This document shows, piece after piece, positions 1-7,035 of a DNA stretch of 10,260 bases (its first letter is position 1; the number at the start of each line of letters is the position of its first letter). The translations under genes and the position numbers were made by a program. Origin of the DNA: an uncultured archaeon (lineage in GTDB: Archaea; Asgardarchaeota; Thorarchaeia; Thorarchaeales; CAZPUN01); NCBI GenBank assembly GCA_964589775.1, contig CAZPUN010000051.1, positions 1 through 10,260 on the forward strand, written 5' to 3'. Under the pieces are notes generated by a model. That model searched no databases. It saw only the letters and a program-made list of their open reading frames with translations, and was not told the origin of the DNA.

Positions 1-294
1 CGTTTATAAAATATTAAAAAATTCCACACGGAAAATGTACCTGTAATTGCTGAACATAAAGCGGATCAAAATTACCTTGTTGTATCAGCTGCATCAATTA
101 TTGCAAAAGTGTTTAGGGATAATGAAATTAAAAATTTAAAAAGTAAATGGGGCGAAATAGGCGCAGGATATCCCGCATCAAATAAAACTATAAAATTCAT
201 ACGTGATTATTATTTGATGCACAAAGAAATTCCAAATTTTGTAAGAAAAAGCTGGAAGACAATTGAAAAAATTAAAAAATCACTTATTCAATAG
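1..294 (+). CDS. rnhB: Ribonuclease HII, C-terminal part (5' truncated by window; apparent frameshift near nt 16-21)
   Basis: Frame 1 from nt 10 reads NIKKFHTENVPVIAEHKADQNYLVVSAASIIAKVFRD...GEIGAGYPAS...FVRKSWKT. This matches the archaeal RNase HII motifs AEHKAD, VSAASIIAKVxRD, G(S)GYP and RxSW. The ORF-track start at 109 is an internal GTG. There is an in-frame TAA at 7-9. Confidence 0.93.
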
Positions 295-1765
295 GTACAA
301 ATTGTCTTGCAGCTTCAGACAAAGAATTAATCTTACCAGAGGGTGTAATTGCACGTTTTCGGATTTTAGCAAAGGTTGGAAGCCGAACTGACTCGCCAAT
401 AAATAATGCCTCTCCAACATCCAACGTGGTAATACTATCTAGTGCTGCCTTATCAATACCCTCACTTGTTTCACCAATATGTTTGAGATCATAAGGATTT
501 GTGACCCTTAAAATAACTTGAGAGTTGCATTGGCTTAAAACAGTAGTAGATAATCTAACTGGGCGTTGTGAGACCAAGCCTAATAGAGCAAAAAATTTTC
601 GACCTTCTCTAGCTATGGTTTCGATTGCAGATTTTGATAATGCAGATTCTTGGCTTGATTCCGGGCAAAATTGATGCGCTTCTTCTAACATTAAAATAAA
701 TGGTGAAATTAGATTCTTCCTTCGTAAATCTAATAATCGTGTTGCAAGCCAATAGGCAATTATTTGCTTTTTACGTAAACTCAATAAGCTACTAAGATCA
801 ACAATAATCAAATGCCCAGGTTTTACTATGCTTTTTAAATTTGGATTTGGTATTTTTCCAAATAAATTATAATGCTCGAGCTGGCTGAGCCACCCAACTA
901 AAGCTTCCTTTGTAGTTCTAGAAATTTCAGAGTTTATTATTTCTTCAATCAAATCAGACATTGCATATTCTTCTTTTTTCTTACGCTTTTGATAAATTAT
1001 CTTTGACAACTCACGCAACTGTATTGGACTCATTTGCGGAGCAAGTGACGCAAAATCGTAAACACTTAATGATGAAGTCGGAATTTCAAAATAATGGCCT
1101 GGAATCAAAAATACGCGATCTTTATATCGTGATTCTGCAAAATATGTATATTCACCATGCACATCTAAAATTATAATTGATATTTGCCCTTCATCCTTTG
1201 TTCGCTTTAATAATTCTTCAATTAGAACTGAGATAAAATATGATTTACCAAATCCGGACATAGCTAAAACTGCTAAATGCTTGCCTAATAAACGATCAAT
1301 ATCTAATTTGAGCGGAATATCATGTGATGAAACATATCCTAAGTGCAGACCATGCTCAGTCAATCCAATAAATTTGAACAACAGTTCAGAACTAATTTTC
1401 CAAACTTTTTCACCTGGTGATGGAGGATATAATGGCTTTGTAATCATATCAGCATCAATAATTCCAAGCGGCACAGCTTCAACAAGAGTGTACTCCCATT
1501 TATCAGTAGGAAAAACATTACTTAAAGGCGCACCATGTGATTGATATTCTTTTACTGCTTCAAAATGCTGATAATATCGATTAACCTTACGAATGTTTGT
1601 TATACGGGATACCATTTTTTTATTATGTACGTTACAAATTACAAATTGTCCCAATTGTATTTTTTTCTCATCACCATCATAAGATTCTAATATAAATTCA
1701 AACTTTTTTAAACTGGGACTATCATTAGTTGAAACAATAGTACCAAGAAGATCCTTTTCAAGCAA
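284..1765 (-). CDS. herA: HerA bipolar DNA helicase/translocase (FtsK-HerA ATPase with N-terminal HAS barrel)
   Basis: Motifs: Walker A (KHLAVLAMSGFGKS), ILDVHGEY, Walker B (LMLEEAHQF), IAREGRKF, SQRP, LSQCN and a beta-rich N-terminus (LGQFVIC). The start is most likely TTG at 1765, with GGAGG 8 nt upstream and overlap of the nurA stop, rather than ATG at 1840. Confidence 0.93.
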   Translation of the reverse strand: MLEKDLLGTIVSTNDSPSLKKFEFILESYDGDEKKIQLGQFVICNVHNKKMVSRITNIRKVNRYYQHFEAVKEYQSHGAPLSNVFPTDKWEYTLVEAVPLGIIDADMITKPLYPPSPGEKVWKISSELLFKFIGLTEHGLHLGYVSSHDIPLKLDIDRLLGKHLAVLAMSGFGKSYFISVLIEELLKRTKDEGQISIIILDVHGEYTYFAESRYKDRVFLIPGHYFEIPTSSLSVYDFASLAPQMSPIQLRELSKIIYQKRKKKEEYAMSDLIEEIINSEISRTTKEALVGWLSQLEHYNLFGKIPNPNLKSIVKPGHLIIVDLSSLLSLRKKQIIAYWLATRLLDLRRKNLISPFILMLEEAHQFCPESSQESALSKSAIETIAREGRKFFALLGLVSQRPVRLSTTVLSQCNSQVILRVTNPYDLKHIGETSEGIDKAALDSITTLDVGEALFIGESVRLPTFAKIRKRAITPSGKINSLSEAARQFVPIE

Positions 1766-2885
1766 TATTCTTTCCTCCAAAGGGACTGCGTTCTCTTCTT
1801 TTTCTGAATAAGCTATATGGCATACCACTAAGTAGTGCAATATGCGTTATAATTTCCTCAATTCTTTGTGAATCAATTCTTGCGCGAATATCTGCTTCTA
1901 TTAAGGGTGCAGGAAGAGCATATTCAACGTGGTGACCCATTATTGGTAACAACGCTGCCGAAAGCCTATCAGCTTCTATAGAAATATCAAAATTGTTTAT
2001 GAATTCGATCCGGACAGGTAAATCGTATTGAGAACTCTTTAAATAAAAATAATAAATGTCATGTTCAAATAAAGAATTATTTTTCTCAATTTTAAAAATA
2101 CAACTACGCTCACCTACTTCTAATAAATAATTTAATAAATCAACATCATTACAACGATTTAAGATATTGCGGTAATCATATGAGAGTATAGCATTCAAAT
2201 CCGATCGATCTTTTAATAAAATAGGTAATAATGTTAAAATATTCCGAATTAAAGAATTAGAGTGGCTGTCTTTTATTAACCCTATAAGATGAACTTGTTT
2301 TTGCTTCGATACTTCAAATAATTGATTGTATAAATCTACAACCTCTAAAAACAATTTAAAATTACGAGACTCCTTATTAGGAACATCAGTGGGATAAAAA
2401 TGTAAAGACCCATCCATAATTAAAATATCAATATGTTTATGTTTAATTGCATTGACTGCCGTTTGGATTTCTTTCTTAATTCTCATTAATGCCGCGAACT
2501 GATCTGTTTCAGTTTGATTTGTAATCCGAGTATAGATAATATCAACTTTCGGAAATGCTTCAGGAAAAAAATCAACATACGGAGATTTGTCTTTTATATA
2601 TTTAAAAAATACCGCAACAGCTCGCAATAAAATTATGTTAAACGAAGCAATTTCTCTTTGAACAATACCACCATCAACTGCACAAAAAGATATGCCATAA
2701 GGATTTATCGGATCAACTTTGTATATCAGTGAAGACTCTTTGAAATCAATCCCGAGATTTCTATAATTTTTAAGATTAACATTATTAATGGACCTAAGTA
2801 CCTTTGCAAGATTAGATTTTGCATTTTCAAACGCTTTTATTTGATTTGCAATATTAAATAAGACATCTCCAGAGTTAATATTCAT
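1758..2885 (-). CDS. nurA: NurA 5'-3' nuclease (DNA double-strand break resection)
   Basis: Acidic catalytic motifs CAVDGG and LIMDGSL, plus GLIKDS, PVRIEF and the C-terminal YALPAPLIEADxRA. It lies directly upstream of herA, and its ATG overlaps the pyrG stop (ATGA, 2885-2882). Confidence 0.9.
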   Translation of the reverse strand: MNINSGDVLFNIANQIKAFENAKSNLAKVLRSINNVNLKNYRNLGIDFKESSLIYKVDPINPYGISFCAVDGGIVQREIASFNIILLRAVAVFFKYIKDKSPYVDFFPEAFPKVDIIYTRITNQTETDQFAALMRIKKEIQTAVNAIKHKHIDILIMDGSLHFYPTDVPNKESRNFKLFLEVVDLYNQLFEVSKQKQVHLIGLIKDSHSNSLIRNILTLLPILLKDRSDLNAILSYDYRNILNRCNDVDLLNYLLEVGERSCIFKIEKNNSLFEHDIYYFYLKSSQYDLPVRIEFINNFDISIEADRLSAALLPIMGHHVEYALPAPLIEADIRARIDSQRIEEIITHIALLSGMPYSLFRKRRERSPFGGKNIA

Positions 2886-4546
2886 TTACAACATTCCTCA
2901 GAATATTCAATAGCTGATTTCATAAATGCGAAATACAATGGATGAGGACGATTCGGTCTTGATTTAAACTCTGGATGAAATTGAACACCAATGAAAAATG
3001 GATGGTCTTTCAATTCAATGCCATTAATGATTTTTCCTTCACGATCATATGAATTAATAATAAGACCTTTAGGTTCCATTTGCGATAAATAGTTGTTCAT
3101 CAAATGATATCGATGACGAAATCTTTCGCGGATAAATTCCATGTTATATATACTATATAATTTTGTTCCCTTTAATAATTTAACATCATATGCACCTAAT
3201 CGCATGGTTCCACCCTTTAGATGAATATTACGTTGTGTGTCCATTAAGTCAACAACGGGATGAGTCGTTGTAGGATCAACCTCAGTGGTATGTGCATCAG
3301 TCCAACCCATAACACTTCTAGCAAAAGCTACCGTAGCTAATTGAGCACCAAAACATATACCCAGAAATGGAATCTTATGGGCGATAGCATATGATGCAAT
3401 TTGAATCATTCCCTCAACTCCACGCGAACCAAAACCAGGTGTAAGTAAAATTCCATGTATATCGGACATCTTATTATCAATATCAATATTTTTAATATTA
3501 TCAGTATCAATCCATTTTATTTTAATACTACGCCTATTATGGACTGCCGAATGTGTTAATGCTTCAATAATACTGACATAAGTATCTTTCATCTCAGTAT
3601 ATTTACCTGGAAGCGCAATTATAATTGGATTTGACCCTTTTGCATTTTCAAAAAGAGATACTAGTTCAGACCATTCAGTATAATCTGGCTTTGGAAAATC
3701 TAAATTCATCTTACGCTCAATAACAGATGCAACATTCTCTTCTTCAAAGCTTAAGGGCAATTTATAAATAATATCAATATCAGGATTGGACACTACTGCG
3801 TCAGGAGAAACATTACAAAACTTACTAATTTTTGTTTTTGCACTTTCGGAAAGGGGTTTAGTAGATCTACAAACAATTATATCAGGTTGCAATCCTAAGC
3901 CTTGAAGCGTTCTAACACTATGTTGTGTGGGTTTGGTTTTGAATTCGCCTACGGATTCTAAGAAAGGAACTAATGTTACATGGACTATTAAAGTCTGGTC
4001 CTTATCAAGCTCACTAATTAATTGTCGAATAGCCTCAAGAAAAGGCATAGCTTCAATATCTCCAACAGTACCTCCAATTTCGATAATAAGAAAGTCAGGC
4101 CTTTTCTCATTTTGAACTTGTCTTATACGATTCTTAATTTCATCAGTCACATGAGGAATAATTTGAACAGTTCTACCCAAATAGCTGCCTTCTCGCTCTT
4201 TTAATATAACTGCTAAGTAGATTTGCCCAGAGGTTATGTTATGCGAAGGGTGAACGTTATAATTTAAAAATCGTTCATAAGTACCAAAGTCTTGGTCAAT
4301 TTCAGATATTTTAAAAGAAAAACCTTTAGCAGGCACAAACTCCCAACTATCTTCAGTAACAAAAACTTCACCATGTTCTACGGGATTCATAGTACCAGGA
4401 TCAACATTGAGATAAGGGTCAATTTTCATTACTTCTACATGATATCCTCTGAACTGCAATATTTTAGCTATTGATGCAGTAGTTACTCCTTTTCCAATTC
4501 CCGAAAGAACACCACCAGTAACAAATATAAATTTGGTTAACCTCAT
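2882..4546 (-). CDS. pyrG: CTP synthase (glutamine-hydrolysing)
   Basis: Synthetase motifs [58 protein letters not shown] and KTKPTQHSV. The glutaminase triad GICFG ... QFHPEF is intact. Confidence 0.98.
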   Translation of the reverse strand: MRLTKFIFVTGGVLSGIGKGVTTASIAKILQFRGYHVEVMKIDPYLNVDPGTMNPVEHGEVFVTEDSWEFVPAKGFSFKISEIDQDFGTYERFLNYNVHPSHNITSGQIYLAVILKEREGSYLGRTVQIIPHVTDEIKNRIRQVQNEKRPDFLIIEIGGTVGDIEAMPFLEAIRQLISELDKDQTLIVHVTLVPFLESVGEFKTKPTQHSVRTLQGLGLQPDIIVCRSTKPLSESAKTKISKFCNVSPDAVVSNPDIDIIYKLPLSFEEENVASVIERKMNLDFPKPDYTEWSELVSLFENAKGSNPIIIALPGKYTEMKDTYVSIIEALTHSAVHNRRSIKIKWIDTDNIKNIDIDNKMSDIHGILLTPGFGSRGVEGMIQIASYAIAHKIPFLGICFGAQLATVAFARSVMGWTDAHTTEVDPTTTHPVVDLMDTQRNIHLKGGTMRLGAYDVKLLKGTKLYSIYNMEFIRERFRHRYHLMNNYLSQMEPKGLIINSYDREGKIINGIELKDHPFFIGVQFHPEFKSRPNRPHPLYFAFMKSAIEYSEECCK

Positions 4547-4610
4547 ATCAAATCCACACTTGAATTTTTATATAGACAATGTGTAACAAGATTATTCGAA
4601 TATAAATATT

Positions 4611-5201
4611 TTATAATATGATTTCTTCTTCAGCGGTCTTCCTGAGAATTTTATTAAGTATATCAAGGAATACAGGCATAACATTTGTACCATCTTTGGC
4701 TATACCTGATGAAATTGGAATATTAGGTGGAATACCTAACATAAGTCTTAGTTCATCAATAGAAATTATATTATCCAAATCAATTTTATTCAGAAATATA
4801 TTTAGGGGCATACCACTTTGTATATTATCCTTGAAATATTTATTTAATTCGGTCCAACTTTGTGCATTATCATCCAATATCGCTCGTTGGCTATCAGCGA
4901 CAAAAATAATTCCATCGGTTCCAGAAAGAACAATCTCACGCGTTGAACTATAAAAATCCTGCCCAGTAGCAGACCAAATATGAACATCAACGATCCAGCC
5001 AGCACCCAATGAAAATGCTAAAAAGCCATAATCACAAAACATAGTACGACCACGAGAATTCTCAATAAATGATAACCGATCTTCCAGATTATAATATTTG
5101 AAAATTTGCTTTACCATAGTTGTTTTTCCACTCATTGCAGGACCAAATAAGACAATCTTTATCCCAATTCGTCGATTTGTATAGTCAATAATCATTTCCA
5201 T
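4611..5201 (-). CDS. MglA-family small Ras-like GTPase
   Basis: The N-terminus IIDYTNRRIGIKIVLFGPAMSGKTT resembles MglA INYxxREINCKIVYYGPGLCGKTT. Switch I is RTMFCD (MglA RTLFFD), G3 is SATGQ without Asp (MglA TVPGQ), followed by DGIIFVADSQ, G4 NKID and G5 GIA. The start is probably ATG 5201 (TGATG overlap with the upstream stop) or ATG 5195. Confidence 0.9.
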   Translation of the reverse strand: MEMIIDYTNRRIGIKIVLFGPAMSGKTTMVKQIFKYYNLEDRLSFIENSRGRTMFCDYGFLAFSLGAGWIVDVHIWSATGQDFYSSTREIVLSGTDGIIFVADSQRAILDDNAQSWTELNKYFKDNIQSGMPLNIFLNKIDLDNIISIDELRLMLGIPPNIPISSGIAKDGTNVMPVFLDILNKILRKTAEEEIIL

Positions 5202-6055
5202 CAACCCCAAAGACTTTCGACATATATTCCAATATTTGATAAAACACTATCGCGCACACAATTACGGAATTCTTCATTCCACTCAGATTGTATAAAGAGT
5301 AATATATACTCCAATGCACTTTCAGAAATACCAATAAGCTCGATGAAATTTCTTTTCCCAATTTGTATATCAACATTCAATGAACGCAATATCTTTATTT
5401 TCATTAATAGGAAATATGCACGTCTCGATGCATGATAAAAATCTTGCATTGCCTCATCAAACAAGTCGTGTATGATCATTTTAAATTCTGAATCCAGTGA
5501 TAAGACTTCTTCAAATACATCTTTAGAAATTCTATGAATTTCTTTTTCTAGATGACGCCGAACATGTTCTACAGAAACTTTCGTTTTTTCGACTATTTTT
5601 GTAATTATTTTTTCAAAGTATATATTTCGATTTCTTTTTGAAACTAATTTCGGAATTGAATCCTCTAGGCGAATGATAATGGAATTTTGAGGCATTTTAA
5701 GTTCCGAAATTGAATTTTCTAAAATACCAATTATCCATCCACTAAAATTATCAAAAGTTGTTAAAGCAATGCTAGATACTTCTGCAGGAGAGCGGATAAT
5801 AATTCGCGGCTCATTAGGCTCTTGTAATTCAAAATCCAATATAGAATATAATTCTTCTCTTGAAGTAAAACTCTTCCAAAAAACAATTTCTTTTCTAAAT
5901 GATAATAAATTCGAAAGAAAGCTTGATAATAAGTCAATATTATGTTTATTAGAGCCAATAATGATTATGGGGTCACGTAGTAAGAGACCCCAAAGAATTT
6001 TTGAGAAGTCCGAAACCCCAATTGATTTAATTATTGCGTATATATCAAATCGCAT
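5201..6055 (-). CDS. Hypothetical protein; putative DENN-core (cDENN/dDENN)-like protein
   Basis: 284-aa ORF coupled to both neighbours, with SD GGTGA ending 7 nt upstream of the ATG. The pattern GVSDFSKILWGLLLRDPIIIIGSN..IDLLSSFLSNLL ... GWIIGI ... SIIIRLED followed by a helical C-terminus resembles cDENN then dDENN. The CDS itself is well supported; the DENN call is tentative. Confidence 0.55.
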   Translation of the reverse strand: MRFDIYAIIKSIGVSDFSKILWGLLLRDPIIIIGSNKHNIDLLSSFLSNLLSFRKEIVFWKSFTSREELYSILDFELQEPNEPRIIIRSPAEVSSIALTTFDNFSGWIIGILENSISELKMPQNSIIIRLEDSIPKLVSKRNRNIYFEKIITKIVEKTKVSVEHVRRHLEKEIHRISKDVFEEVLSLDSEFKMIIHDLFDEAMQDFYHASRRAYFLLMKIKILRSLNVDIQIGKRNFIELIGISESALEYILLFIQSEWNEEFRNCVRDSVLSNIGIYVESLWG

Positions 6056-6056
6056 T

Positions 6057-6971
6057 TCATCTCACCAATGCAGGCTCTGAATATAATAAAATTTCTCGTA
6101 ATGATGGCGTAATTGATTTTTCAGCAAATGACTTGCTCAATATATTGTTCAATTTCTTAAGATAACTATTAATTAAAATACGAATCAACCCAAGTCTTTG
6201 TCTACCTTTTTCGATATTTATTCCTAATACACCATTAAGGGTAGAATACATAAAATAACGATTATATTGAGTCTCAATTAAGACAGATTCAAGAGTATCA
6301 TTTCGCATATATTTCATAATTTTACTTGTTGATTTAAATAAAGAATGAATCATAGCAGATTTAAAATGATCTTGATTTGAAGTAGATATCTCAAAAATTC
6401 CTTCAATTGATAATGAAATGTTTTTTATTCCCGGTAAGGCCTCATTTAATTCATTAAGGGTCGTTTTCAAATTCAAGATTTGTTGAGGGGGCAATAAAAT
6501 AATATGACGATCAATATGCTTTTCCTCATCAATTTTACGTTTTACTTCAAAAGACTTTGTAATTTTTGAAATATCATCTTTTGAAAAGGTCCTAAGAGGA
6601 ACAGAAATATCCTTAAATTTCAAATAGTTTGCAATTTCTACTAAAACTTGTTTTAATTCAACAAATATTGCAGCTAAATTAGTTCGACTTACGGTTGTAA
6701 TAATAAGATAATAATCAGGAGTATTTGGAATTGGTGCAATAAATACTTTTGATTCACGTGATTCTGCTAGAACATATTTTACATTTGAAAATATTTTAAT
6801 AGCAATTCCATATATTCCACTTGTTGCTGAGGCAACCTCGAACACTTCATCCTTATTAAACCACACACCAGAACTTCCAATGGGCACCCCATCACTATGA
6901 ACTAATACAACATTTTCAACACCATTAATAATAGTAATTTTATTTAATAATTTCTTAACAGAATCATTCAA
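6057..6971 (-). CDS. Tandem (double) Roadblock/LC7 domain protein, MglB-like
   Basis: Domain 1 (aa ~1-117): LLNKITIINGVENVVLVHSDGVPIGS...VASATSGIY...YVLAES...NLAAIFVELK. Domain 2 (aa ~163-279): LNELNEALPGIKNISL...SAMIHSLF...ESVLIET...RLGLIRILI. Both show the roadblock helix-beta-beta-helix-beta-beta-beta-helix pattern with the NLG/LGL motif. TTG start with SD AGGAG at 6986-6982. Confidence 0.82.
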   Translation of the reverse strand: MNDSVKKLLNKITIINGVENVVLVHSDGVPIGSSGVWFNKDEVFEVASATSGIYGIAIKIFSNVKYVLAESRESKVFIAPIPNTPDYYLIITTVSRTNLAAIFVELKQVLVEIANYLKFKDISVPLRTFSKDDISKITKSFEVKRKIDEEKHIDRHIILLPPQQILNLKTTLNELNEALPGIKNISLSIEGIFEISTSNQDHFKSAMIHSLFKSTSKIMKYMRNDTLESVLIETQYNRYFMYSTLNGVLGINIEKGRQRLGLIRILINSYLKKLNNILSKSFAEKSITPSLREILLYSEPALVR

Positions 6972-7021
6972 TGTAGTAACACTCCTGTGACTCTAACATA
7001 GAGTCCAGAAGGTTACTATAT
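6971..7021 (-). promoter_or_regulatory. Long imperfect inverted repeat/RNA hairpin covering the SD and reaching the start codon of the roadblock gene
   Basis: Minus-strand RNA is AUAUAGUAAC-CUUCUG-GACUCUA-[UGU]-UAGAGUC-A-CAGGAG-U-GUUACUACAU. Stems are 7 bp (7018-7012/6980-6974), 6 bp with one G-U (7011-7006/6987-6982) and 7 bp (7005-6999/6995-6989), with two single-nucleotide bulges. Confidence 0.7.
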
Positions 7022-7024
7022 AAA
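7017..7024 (-). promoter_or_regulatory. Putative archaeal TATA box (TTTATATA) of an internal promoter for the roadblock-DENN-GTPase module
   Basis: TTTATATA on the minus strand at 7024-7017. Standard archaeal spacing puts the TSS near 6994, at a TA step about 23 nt before the TTG. The BRE is weak, and the AT-rich background lowers confidence. Confidence 0.45.
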
Positions 7025-7035
7025 CTACCCAAATA

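Noticed and set aside
961-1544. Plus-strand ORFs 961-1176 and 1281-1544
   Set aside because: Antisense shadows inside herA with no recognisable motifs.
1766-1840. N-terminal extension of HerA from ATG 1840
   Set aside because: It would overlap nurA by 83 nt. TTG 1765 has a well-spaced GGAGG, and the HAS-barrel-like sequence starts just after it.
284-2885. HerA plus nuclease as an anti-phage defence system
   Set aside because: The partner is a typical NurA and the context is housekeeping, with no defence-island or mobility genes.
2885-2899. PyrG C-terminus EECCK resembling a Rab-type CC prenylation motif
   Set aside because: It is on CTP synthase, not the GTPase. The codons are constrained by overlap with the nurA start region, and there is no evidence of prenylation machinery here.
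4593-4602. Perfect 10-bp palindrome TATTCGAATA and nearby TATATAAA upstream of pyrG
   Set aside because: A pyrG promoter or operator is possible, but short AT-rich palindromes and TATA-like words are expected by chance at this composition.
3927-4953. Plus-strand ORFs 3927-4115, 4022-4204, 4292-4474 and 4618-4953
   Set aside because: Antisense shadows of pyrG and the GTPase; no recognisable motifs, and several have the Ser/Ile-rich composition typical of reverse frames.
5185-6080. ORFs 5185-5376 (-), 5761-5958 (-) and 5769-6080 (+)
   Set aside because: Alternative-frame or antisense ORFs almost wholly within the 284-aa gene, which is the one coupled to both neighbours.
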